Of a stretch of 19,748 nt of DNA, positions 7,922-15,799 are shown piece after piece. The position numbers and the translations under genes were made by a program. The notes under the pieces were generated by a model that searched no databases, had not been told where the DNA came from, and was given only the letters and a program-made list of their open reading frames with translations. The stretch is taken from contig JAYWGM010000064.1 in NCBI GenBank assembly GCA_043778225.1, positions 1-19,748 of the forward strand, written 5' to 3'. This stretch comes from Deinococcales bacterium (GTDB lineage Bacteria; Deinococcota; Deinococci; Deinococcales; JAAFIG01). How positions within the stretch are numbered: position 1 is the stretch's first letter; every line of letters begins with the position of its first letter.

Positions 7922-8811
7922 CCGAATTTCTATTTAATTTGCTTGGACGGCAAATTTACGGCTCGAGCCAGAACGGTCTGGTCGCCCAGATTCGGCGCTT
8001 ATTTGATTTCCCAAGCCATGCCAGCGCTCTTACAAGCGATTGGCAAATACACGTCTCGCATTCCCAAGGCAGTATCCCAAAGCTCGAGAATACATATCAA
8101 GCGGCAGTGCATAACGGCTTTGTCAACATTGCCACCCTAGATGGCAGCACTTGGATTACTTTAGAGCAAAACGCCATTCAACTCGAGTTATTAGAATCTG
8201 GTGCAAACCTGACTTTGTACGGCTCGAGTGATGGCTTAATGCAGTGCATGATGGTTGGCATGATTGAGGCGATTCGGGCTTCGGGTTTACTACCAATGCA
8301 CACTTCGATTGCTGCTAAAAATGGCATTGGTACGGCATTTACAGGCGAATCTGGGCGCGGCAAAACCACGACCCTGATTTATAGCATTCAAGCTGGTTTT
8401 TCGCCTATCTGTGAGGATTTTGCGTGGCTTGAGCCAAACAGCTTACAAGTTTTTGGTTGCGATAGAGGCTTACGTTGCCTGCCCGACACGCTCGAGCGGG
8501 TCAAAAGTTTTTTTCCAGACATCCAACCGATTGCTTTTGAAGTGGATAAGCATCTTGTGCCGTTTGAACAGCTTGCACCAAGGGTTTGGCACTGCCGCTT
8601 GGAGCGCCTTTGGACACTCGAGCGTGATTTAACAAAACCAACACACCTCGAGCCACTGCCCGCCACCCAGCGTGTGATGGCGTTGTATGGTGCAACGGGC
8701 ATACCTCTGACGGCTCAGACTCGGGCGCAAAGCAGCCAGCATATGGCAAGTCTGGCGGCTCGCCTCGAGATTCAGCGTTTGCACATTGGCAATACAGCTT
8801 TGCCGTTCTAA
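7918..8811 (+). CDS. HPr kinase-related P-loop kinase
   Basis: MHTSIA (LHA-like), Walker A GESGRGKTT and ICED (xxDD-like). ATGA overlap with the PqqD gene. Confidence 0.75.
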   Translation: MTEFLFNLLGRQIYGSSQNGLVAQIRRLFDFPSHASALTSDWQIHVSHSQGSIPKLENTYQAAVHNGFVNIATLDGSTWITLEQNAIQLELLESGANLTLYGSSDGLMQCMMVGMIEAIRASGLLPMHTSIAAKNGIGTAFTGESGRGKTTTLIYSIQAGFSPICEDFAWLEPNSLQVFGCDRGLRCLPDTLERVKSFFPDIQPIAFEVDKHLVPFEQLAPRVWHCRLERLWTLERDLTKPTHLEPLPATQRVMALYGATGIPLTAQTRAQSSQHMASLAARLEIQRLHIGNTALPF

Positions 8812-8834
8812 AAAGTTGACTTGCCAGCCTGTAC

Positions 8835-9641
8835 CTACTCTTGGTTTTTACCACGCTTACGAAAACGCCGTTTGCGCTTGCCCTTGCGCTCGCCATCTTC
8901 GGTATTGGCGACTGGTTGGATTGGTTTAGGCGCAATGGGTTTTGCCACTATTTTTTGCGGTGTTGGTGGCTTGTTGCGTCCGCGTGGGCGTTTTTGGTCT
9001 GGCTTTGGCGCTCGAGCTTCGTTGGTTCGTGTCAGGCTAGACTCGAGAACAAAGCGCCCAATGGCTTGTACAAATTTTAAGGGTCGGTAAGGGGCTTCGA
9101 GTTCGATGTAAATAAAGCCCATGCCCGGACGCAAATAATACGCCCGCGCCATGACCTCACCCCATGGTGTATCCACCAGTTCATCATCTAAGCGGGTGAC
9201 CAAGACCATTCCGCCAATCATCGGGACACGCAACGTCTCGATATTCGGGTCAAGGTCGCGCAACAACTGCACAATTGATAGTGGGTCGTGGTAATCCTGA
9301 GTCAAGGCTTGAATTGCTTCATCGCGGTTTTGCCGCAAGGTGACTGTCCCCGCCCGACGGTCAAAGGCAGTCTCGAAAATCCGACCACTGTCGTTTTCGC
9401 TAAACAAGGTCGGCAAGCGTAAATTTGGCTCAAACCTCGAGACCTGAACCCGCCGCGAAACCCCAAGCCCACCTTGAAAAACAGCTTCACGGCGAATCAG
9501 AAATTGCCCTTTATCAAACTGGGTCATCCAGCGTTCAGAACCCGCAATCGCTCCAGCATACGACAAAGTAAAATGAAACTCTTCGGCACTGAGCGGCAAA
9601 GGTTTCCAAGCAACAGATGGCGCATCGGCAAAAACATCCAT
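8835..9641 (-). CDS. Hypothetical protein (possibly DUF3108-like beta-rich fold) with a basic disordered C-terminal tail
   Basis: Long ORF with a DYHDPLSIV motif and a tail rich in K/R/P ending RKGKRKRRFRKRGKNQE. TGaTAGCTT lies 6 nt upstream of ATG 9641; an alternative ATG is at 9647. Confidence 0.7.
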   Translation of the reverse strand: MDVFADAPSVAWKPLPLSAEEFHFTLSYAGAIAGSERWMTQFDKGQFLIRREAVFQGGLGVSRRVQVSRFEPNLRLPTLFSENDSGRIFETAFDRRAGTVTLRQNRDEAIQALTQDYHDPLSIVQLLRDLDPNIETLRVPMIGGMVLVTRLDDELVDTPWGEVMARAYYLRPGMGFIYIELEAPYRPLKFVQAIGRFVLESSLTRTNEARAPKPDQKRPRGRNKPPTPQKIVAKPIAPKPIQPVANTEDGERKGKRKRRFRKRGKNQE

Positions 9642-9898
9642 GCTCATAAGCTATCACGGCTCGAGACCCAAACGCTTAGGATTTGTCCGTAAATATCTTC
9701 CCGATTTGCACCTGATGTAATTTCAGAACCTGCTCGAGAATATCTAAGTACAACGTCTCTGGTAGCACAAGCTGGGCTTGTTGAAACTTTCCATTGGCTT
9801 GTTTGAAAGTACGCCATTGCCTCTATTCCATACTCCAAAATCTGGAATAGAATATCAAATGCCAACAATTTGTTAGCACATACGCCTCGAAAGGATTT

Positions 9899-10249
9899 AT
9901 GAAATTTGACTACCGCATCCCCACGATGAAATTCTCGACTGTCTATCCGTTGTATCTCCAGAAGGCAAAACGCAAAAACCGCACTCAAGCAGAGGTTGAT
10001 CAAGTCATCTGCTGGCTGACTGGTTACAACCAATCTGGCTTGCAGCAGCAGCTAGACCAACAAAGTGACTTCGAGACATTTTTTGCACAAGCGCCGTGTA
10101 TCCATCCAAATAGCGCACTGATTAAAGGGGTCATATGTGGGGTGCGGGTCGAAGAAATCGAGAATCCATTGGTGCAGAAAGTGCGATTCTTGGACAAACT
10201 GATTGATGAACTCTCCAAAGGCAAAGCCATAGATAAGGTCATGCGATAA
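9899..10249 (+). CDS. DUF2200 domain protein
   Basis: Motifs F..VYPLY..KA..K.RT..EVD.VI.WLTGY, IKGVICGVRVEEIE and RFLDKLIDEL.KGK. AAGGA upstream. Confidence 0.9.
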   Translation: MKFDYRIPTMKFSTVYPLYLQKAKRKNRTQAEVDQVICWLTGYNQSGLQQQLDQQSDFETFFAQAPCIHPNSALIKGVICGVRVEEIENPLVQKVRFLDKLIDELSKGKAIDKVMR

Positions 10250-10344
10250 GGCTCGAGTCTTTTACACCGTCAAGCGGGTACATGGATTTAATGCAAAGCA
10301 TGGGCAAGCGACAAACAAGATTTTAAGTTGGCTCGAGCAGGCAT

Positions 10345-10367
10345 AAAAAATGCGCCTTTGTAGGCGC
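10345..10367 (-). terminator. Hairpin plus U-tract directly downstream of that promoter
   Basis: Minus strand GCGCCT-ACAA-AGGCGC-ATTTTTT. Confidence 0.6.
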
Positions 10368-10378
10368 TGATAAGAATA

Positions 10379-10407
10379 AGTATACGGCAATATGCAGAGT
10401 TTGTCAA
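10379..10407 (-). promoter_or_regulatory. Near-consensus sigma70 promoter on the minus strand
   Basis: The minus strand reads TTGACA (10407-10402), 17 nt, TATACT (10384-10379). Confidence 0.8.
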
Positions 10408-10485
10408 ATCTATGCAGTCCAGTCCGTCAAATACGGTTATTCTCGAGCTACGTGCTAGGCTTTACCGGTGAAAAAGCGACGGGGG

Positions 10486-10551
10486 TCGCCCTGTTTTTCT
10501 ATTTGTATGTTCAATGAAAAACCCTAAAGTCAAGACCTTTCGGAGGCTCTA
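10486..10551 (-). mobile_element. Partial copy (one end) of the MITE at 14908-15082
   Basis: The reverse complement matches 14908-14973 at 50/66 positions without gaps, including the TAGAGCCTCCGAAA terminus and AGAAAAACAGGGCGA. Confidence 0.8.
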
Positions 10552-10685
10552 CTGCTCGAGTAAAGCAAGTCGTTGAACTCATTGGATTGCCTAAAGTCTG
10601 TGATGGGCATGGTTTTCTTGCGCCGCGATTCTAAACTGCCAAATGATAGGATGAGTTTGAACTGTTTTTCAAAGGGGAATTCCAC

Positions 10686-13100
10686 ATGGCGCTTAAAAAA
10701 TCTGAACTCTATTCTTCGTTATGGCAAAGCTGCGATGAACTTCGTGGCGGCATGGATGCCAGCCAATACAAAGATTATGTGCTGGTGCTGCTGTTTATTA
10801 AGTACGTCAGCGATAAGTACGAAGGTCAACCTTATGCCCCAGTCACGATTCCAAGCGGCTCGAGTTTTAAGGACATGGTGGCACTCAAAGGCAACCCTGA
10901 AATTGGCGATCAAATCAACAAAAAGATTATCGCGCCGCTTGCCGATGCCAATAAACTCTCGGATATGCCCGATTTTAATGATGCCAGTAAATTGGGCAGT
11001 GGCAGCGAGATGGTCGAAAAACTGAGCAACTTAATTGCAATTTTTGAAAATAAAGCCCTTGATTTTGGGAAGAACCGAGCCGATGGCGACGATATTTTAG
11101 GTGACGCTTACGAGTACCTGATGCGCCACTTTGCGACCGAAAGCGGTAAGAGCAAAGGACAGTTTTATACCCCCGCCGAGGTCAGCCGTGTGATTGCCCA
11201 GATTATCGGGATTGACAAAGCCGACACCGCCAATAACACCACGGTTTACGACCCCACCTGCGGCTCGGGTTCGTTGCTCTTAAAAGTTGGCGATGCTGCC
11301 AGCGCCAAAGTAACCTTATACGGGCAAGAAAAAGATGCGGCGACCTCTGGTTTAGCGCGGATGAATATGTTCTTGCACGACAACCCAACGGCTCAGATTC
11401 TACAGGGCAACACCTTGTCAGACCCCAAATTTAAGGATGGAGACAACCTCAAGACCTTTGATTATGTGGTCGCAAACCCACCCTTTAGCGATAAACGCTG
11501 GAGTACCGGCGTAAACACCGAAAAAGACCCATTTGAACGTTTTCTCTTTGGCACACCACCCACCAAGCAAGGCGATTATGCCTATTTACTGCACATTATT
11601 CGCTCACTCAAAAGCAGTGGCAAAGCCGCTTGTGTGCTGCCGCACGGCGTGTTGTTTCGTGGCAATGCCGAAGCCGAGATTCGGCGCAATTTAATCCGCA
11701 AAGGCTACATTAAGGGGATTATTGGCTTACCCGCCAATCTTTTTTATGGCACGGGGATACCCGCCTGCATTGTGATAATAGACAAAGAAGATGCTTGGCG
11801 GCGCACTTCTGGCGAAACGGGCATTTTTATCATGGATGCCAGCCACGAATTTCTGAAAGACGGCAATAAAAACCGTTTACGAGAACGCGATATTCATAAA
11901 ATCGTGGATACCTTTACCAAGCAACAAGAAATTCCAAAGTACGCCCGCATGGTCAGTTTACTCGAACTCGAGAAAAACGAATTTAACCTCAATATCCCAA
12001 GGTACATAGACAGCCAAGAACTCGAGGATAGAGAAGACATCCAAGGTCATTTGCGCGGAGGCATTCCAGCTAAGGATTTGAGTGCCTTAGAAGCCTACTG
12101 GCGGGTGTGTCCGCAATTACAAACGGCGTTGTTCAAACCCAACCGCCCAGATTATTTGGATTTAACCGTCGAAAAAAGCAGCCTAAAAACAACCATCTAC
12201 GAACATCCAGAATTCAAAGCCTTTATGTTAAGCATGAACAACTTGTTCCTCGAGTGGCAAACACAAGCCAAGGTTCGCCTCAAAAACCTAGATTTGGGAT
12301 GCCAGCCAAAAGCCACCATTCAAGACTTAGCCGAAGGCTTACTGCGGCATTATGCCACCAAACCCCTAATAAACCAGTACGATGTTTTTCAGCACCTGAT
12401 GGATTACTGGGCAGCCACGATGCAGGACGACCTCTACCTGATTGCTGCCGATGGCTGGCAAGCCATTCCAAACCGAATTATCGAAAAAGATAAAAGAGGC
12501 AAAGAAAGGGATAAAGGTTGGACTTGCGACCTGATTCCCAAAGAATTGATTGTGGCAGGCTACTTTAAGCCAGAACAAGCCAGTATTTTGGCACTCGAGG
12601 CAGAGATAGAGAGCCTAAACGCCCAAATGACCGAGTTAGAAGAAGAACACGGCGGCGAAGAGGGCTTGTACAGCGAACTCGAGAAGGTCAGTAAAGCCAC
12701 TGTAACCGCCCGATTAAAGGACTTAAAATCGAGCCAAGACGAGGACAGCAAAGCCGAAGTCATCGCCCTCGAGACATGGTTAAAATACTGCAATGCCGAA
12801 AGCGAAGCCAAAAAAACCCTGCGGGAAGCCGAGAGCGCCCTCGACAAAAAAGCCCTCGAGCAATACCCACGCCTTCAAAAAGACGACATTCAGAAGCTGG
12901 TGATTGAAGACAAATGGCTAAAAGCCTTAGAACAAGCGATTCATGGCGAAATGGATCGAATCAGTCAAAGCCTGACCAGCCGCTTAAAAGAACTGGCAAC
13001 ACGTTACGAAAGCCCATTGCCAGAAGTCTCGAGCCGAGTTGTGGCACTCGAGCAGAAAGTAAACCAGCACCTAAGAAAAATGGGATTTACATGGAATTAA
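10686..13100 (+). CDS. hsdM: Type I restriction-modification methyltransferase subunit
   Basis: LWQSCDELRGGMDASQYKDY N-terminus, GQFYTP, YDPTCGSG, NPPF, PHGVLFRG and NLNIPRYI motifs. AAGGGG upstream. Confidence 0.97.
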   Translation: MALKKSELYSSLWQSCDELRGGMDASQYKDYVLVLLFIKYVSDKYEGQPYAPVTIPSGSSFKDMVALKGNPEIGDQINKKIIAPLADANKLSDMPDFNDASKLGSGSEMVEKLSNLIAIFENKALDFGKNRADGDDILGDAYEYLMRHFATESGKSKGQFYTPAEVSRVIAQIIGIDKADTANNTTVYDPTCGSGSLLLKVGDAASAKVTLYGQEKDAATSGLARMNMFLHDNPTAQILQGNTLSDPKFKDGDNLKTFDYVVANPPFSDKRWSTGVNTEKDPFERFLFGTPPTKQGDYAYLLHIIRSLKSSGKAACVLPHGVLFRGNAEAEIRRNLIRKGYIKGIIGLPANLFYGTGIPACIVIIDKEDAWRRTSGETGIFIMDASHEFLKDGNKNRLRERDIHKIVDTFTKQQEIPKYARMVSLLELEKNEFNLNIPRYIDSQELEDREDIQGHLRGGIPAKDLSALEAYWRVCPQLQTALFKPNRPDYLDLTVEKSSLKTTIYEHPEFKAFMLSMNNLFLEWQTQAKVRLKNLDLGCQPKATIQDLAEGLLRHYATKPLINQYDVFQHLMDYWAATMQDDLYLIAADGWQAIPNRIIEKDKRGKERDKGWTCDLIPKELIVAGYFKPEQASILALEAEIESLNAQMTELEEEHGGEEGLYSELEKVSKATVTARLKDLKSSQDEDSKAEVIALETWLKYCNAESEAKKTLREAESALDKKALEQYPRLQKDDIQKLVIEDKWLKALEQAIHGEMDRISQSLTSRLKELATRYESPLPEVSSRVVALEQKVNQHLRKMGFTWN

Positions 13101-13125
13101 AACGCGCCCATACCATTTTGGTACT

Positions 13126-13449
13126 GCCGAACCTTTGCAACTTTTGTAACACGTTGGGCAAGTCATGTTAAAGAAATGTCATTTTCTTAACACGTTCGGC
13201 GTTTCATGTACACAAAATGCTATTTTCCTGTGTATGAGTTTCGATATTAGGCGGACTGCTGTCCAATTTGACATCGCATACCTAAAGCCTCAAATGTCCC
13301 AAAAAGCGAAACAGGGCATTGCGCTTTTAGGTAGGAGTATAAAAAAGGCTTTTTTTACCCATGAATTACCAAACGTAGGTAGAAACTCGAGTTTTCTACC
13401 CATGACATTTGCGCTAAGTACACAAAATGCCATTTTCCTGTGCATGAAT
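13126..13449. repeat. Degenerate array of imperfect palindromes with about 41-42-bp period between hsdM and hsdS
   Basis: Units include CATGTTAAAGAAATGTCATTTTCTTAACACG, GTACACAAAATGCTATTTTCCTGTGTATGA (13208-13237), GTAGGTAGAAACTCGAGTTTTCTACCCATG and GTACACAAAATGCCATTTTCCTGTGCATGA (13418-13447). The second and fourth are 28/30 identical and 210 bp apart. Confidence 0.7.
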
Positions 13450-13542
13450 AACCAGCCCCAATTCAAGCTCGAGCAGCCAGCCATTGCCAGAAGCAGAAGC
13501 GTAAAGCAGCACCTCGAGAAGATGGGGGAAGTATGGAAGTAA
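13165..13542 (+). other. Putative 125-aa bridging ORF ending in a copy of the HsdM C-terminus
   Basis: Ends VKQHLEKMGEVWK* versus HsdM VNQHLRKMGFTWN*. Contains TQNAIFLCM twice and overlaps the hsdS ATG. Confidence 0.45.
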
Positions 13543-14816
13543 AAGCGGGATACAAACAAACAGAAGTTGGGATAATTCCAGAAGATTGGGAGGTAAAAAT
13601 CCTAGGGGAAATTGTGCAGTATACAAATGGGAAAGCTCACGAAAATAGTATCAATGAATTTGGAAAATATATTGTCGTAAATTCTAAATTCATTTCAACA
13701 GATGGCGAAGTTAAGAAATATTCAGATGAATGCTTTTCTCCGACGGCAAAAGGTGAAATCCTGATGGTCATGAGCGATGTACCTAATGGGCGAGCAATCG
13801 CACGGTGCTTTTTTGTGGAACACAATGATACCTATACCGTCAATCAGCGTATTTGTACGATTCGTCAAAGTCAGATAAATGGAAGATTGCTGTTCTATAA
13901 GTTAAATCGCAATCCGTACTATTTAGCATTTGATGATGGTGTAAAGCAAACAAATCTTAGAAAAAATGACGTACTCTCTTGTCCAATACCTTGCCCTCCA
14001 ACCCTTCTCGAGCAGGAAGCCATTGCCGAAGCGTTAAGTGATGCGGATGCCCTGATTGAATCCCTCGAGCAACTGATAACCAAGAAGCGCCAAATAAAAC
14101 AAGGCACAATGCAGGAATTGCTAACTGGAAAAACGCGGCTCGAGGGATTTAGAAACAAAAGTGGATTTAAGCAAACAGACATTGGAATGATTCCAGAAGA
14201 TTGGGAGGCTGTGAATTTATCTGAAGTTGTCAAGAAATTTCAGAACGGTTACGCATTTTCGTCTGTCGGATATGTAAAAAGCGGTATGCCTATTGTGACA
14301 ATGGCACAAATTGGACTAGACGGAACTTTTCAATTTGATGAACAAGTGGTCAATTATTGGTCATTTCAGGAAGGCTCACATTTAATAGACTTTCAAATTT
14401 TCAGAGGCGATCTGATTATTGCTATGACTGATGTGACACCCGAAAAGAATTTAATTGGCAGAATGACAGTCGTTATTGAAATTGGTCCTTTACTGTTGAA
14501 TCAGCGAGTAGGACTATTGAGGCTAAATCCCGAGAAAATCATTCCCTATTTTCTTTGTGCATTTTCCAACTCGAGCATATGGCGTAGTTATTCACAGGCT
14601 GTTGCCTCTTTAGGTGTACAAGCCAATATTGGTACAAAAGAAATCCGTTTGGGTAAAGTCCCACTTCCAACTCTTCTCGAGCAACAAGCCATTGCCTCGG
14701 TTCTCTCCGATATGGACTCAGAAATCACGGCGCTCGAATCAAAACTCGAGAAGGCGCGGCAAGTCAAACACGGCATGATGCACAATCTTTTGACGGGTAG
14801 AATTCGGTTGGTGTAA
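13533..14816 (+). CDS. hsdS: Type I R-M specificity subunit
   Basis: Two TRDs between repeated conserved blocks GYKQTEVGIIPEDWE / GFKQTDIGMIPEDWE and PTLLEQEAIA / PTLLEQQAIA. Ends LLTGRIRLV. Confidence 0.96.
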   Translation: MEVKAGYKQTEVGIIPEDWEVKILGEIVQYTNGKAHENSINEFGKYIVVNSKFISTDGEVKKYSDECFSPTAKGEILMVMSDVPNGRAIARCFFVEHNDTYTVNQRICTIRQSQINGRLLFYKLNRNPYYLAFDDGVKQTNLRKNDVLSCPIPCPPTLLEQEAIAEALSDADALIESLEQLITKKRQIKQGTMQELLTGKTRLEGFRNKSGFKQTDIGMIPEDWEAVNLSEVVKKFQNGYAFSSVGYVKSGMPIVTMAQIGLDGTFQFDEQVVNYWSFQEGSHLIDFQIFRGDLIIAMTDVTPEKNLIGRMTVVIEIGPLLLNQRVGLLRLNPEKIIPYFLCAFSNSSIWRSYSQAVASLGVQANIGTKEIRLGKVPLPTLLEQQAIASVLSDMDSEITALESKLEKARQVKHGMMHNLLTGRIRLV

Positions 14817-14850
14817 AAAAAACCAGAAAAGCAAGAAATAGACCAATTTG

Positions 14851-14888
14851 TAAAATGTCGGTGGTTTACCAAAAGTACCGACATTTTA
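14851..14888. promoter_or_regulatory. Second, diverged copy of the AbiEi operator-like palindrome
   Basis: TAAAATGTCGGT-N14-ACCGACATTTTA, colinear with 15758-15795. Confidence 0.7.
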
Positions 14889-14907
14889 TGAAAATGGCTT
14901 GTAAAAA

Positions 14908-15082
14908 TAGAGCCTCCGAAAAGTCTGGATTCTAGGGCATACCTTTGCATTTCAAACCAGAAAAACAGGGCGAACACGGGGGTTCGCCCCTACCTAACGT
15001 ATCTCTTTTGTCTTTTTTGTAGGGACAGACCCCTGTGTCTGTCCTGTGACAACGATGTATTTTCATTCTTTCGGAGGCTCTA
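14908..15082. mobile_element. 175-bp MITE-like non-autonomous element
   Basis: 14-bp perfect terminal inverted repeats TAGAGCCTCCGAAA (14908-14921) / TTTCGGAGGCTCTA (15069-15082), flanked by the 8-bp direct repeat TGTAAAAA (14900-14907 and 15083-15090). Confidence 0.88.
14967..15045. repeat. Inverted pair of GTAG-type REP sequences (REPIN-like)
   Basis: Minus strand 14993-14967 GTAG-GGGCGAAC-CCCCGT-GTTCGCCC-T; plus strand 15019-15045 GTAG-GGACAGAC-CCCTGT-GTCTGTCC-T. Confidence 0.85.
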
Positions 15083-15153
15083 TGTAAAAACGAGCCTTGG
15101 CTTTTGGCTAAGTTTAACAAACGAGCTTTGACCGAAGCGGCAATGTTTTTCAT
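15083..15153 (-). pseudogene. Truncated AbiEii-family nucleotidyltransferase toxin (N-terminal 23 codons only)
   Basis: MKNIAASVKARLLNLAKSQG is a typical AbiEii N-terminus. It has an ATGA overlap with the AbiEi stop and runs into the MITE. Confidence 0.85.
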
Positions 15154-15758
15154 GCCAGTACCGCTTCGGTATAGATACGCATTTTTTGTTCTACCAAGCA
15201 CACTCGAGCGGCGGCAAAGAGTTTTTTTAAGTCACGGTCTTGGCGGCTTAAATAACTTTTTAGGGCTTCAAGAAAAATACTTCGTTCAATCCGATGACTT
15301 AAATGCAGCACATCCGCTAAGGTTTTTTCTTTAGAATAAATCCGAATTTGTCCATGACCAACTGCGTAGGTTTCGATACCATACTCAAATTGTTTAGGCG
15401 AAAAATAGTACAGCGCCAGTGGTGGATACTCGAGTTTGGGACGACGGGCTTTATTGCTTATGGCTAAGTGAATCTCGGAAGGGGCGACTGTCCCCAATTG
15501 ATAAAAAGCCAATGCTGAAAGGCTACAAATTACCGCCTTGGGAATTCGTAGCATCACCTCGAGTAAGTGGTCTTGGTCTGAGCCGACACTACCAACCAAG
15601 CGGTAGACACCATATTGGGTACGTTCGAGTAACCCAAGTTTGGTGTAATAAGATAGCCAATGGGCTGGCAAACCAGACTCTTGTACTGTTTTAGTAGACA
15701 CCAAGCCGTGATGTTGGCTTAGTAAACTCGAGAGGGTTAGAGGCAAAACATTGTTCAT
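15150..15758 (-). CDS. Type IV toxin-antitoxin AbiEi family antitoxin / transcriptional regulator
   Basis: Winged-HTH N-terminus (GLLERTQYGVYRL), AVICSLSALAFYQL and IRIYSKEKTLAD. Start placed at ATG 15758, inside the operator palindrome. Confidence 0.9.
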   Translation of the reverse strand: MNNVLPLTLSSLLSQHHGLVSTKTVQESGLPAHWLSYYTKLGLLERTQYGVYRLVGSVGSDQDHLLEVMLRIPKAVICSLSALAFYQLGTVAPSEIHLAISNKARRPKLEYPPLALYYFSPKQFEYGIETYAVGHGQIRIYSKEKTLADVLHLSHRIERSIFLEALKSYLSRQDRDLKKLFAAARVCLVEQKMRIYTEAVLA

Positions 15759-15799
15759 AAAGTGTCGGTAGTTTAGCATAATTACCGACACTTTATGAA
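15754..15799. promoter_or_regulatory. AbiEi autoregulatory operator and promoter
   Basis: Perfect 17-bp inverted repeat TTCATAAAGTGTCGGTA (15754-15770) N12 TACCGACACTTTATGAA (15783-15799). It encloses a minus-strand TGcTAAACT -10 and overlaps the start codon. Confidence 0.8.

Noticed and set aside
7609..8834. RiPP precursor peptide next to the PqqD-kinase pair
   Set aside because: The intergenic gaps are too short, and no small ORF with a lasso-type leader (YxxP..T-x-G) was seen.
9644..10033. 129-aa minus-strand ORF
   Set aside because: It overlaps the DUF2200 gene in antisense and has no recognisable motif.
9730..10559. CTGCTCGA at 9730 and 10552 as a target duplication of a larger element
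   Set aside because: There is no matching terminal repeat near 9738, and the match is explained by the abundance of CTCGAG.
13126..13449. CRISPR array
   Set aside because: No invariant repeat with unique spacers and no cas genes in the window; the palindromic units themselves vary.
14932..15201. 89-aa ORF as an intact gene
   Set aside because: It is a chimera of AbiEi-overlapping sequence, the AbiEii stub and MITE read-through.
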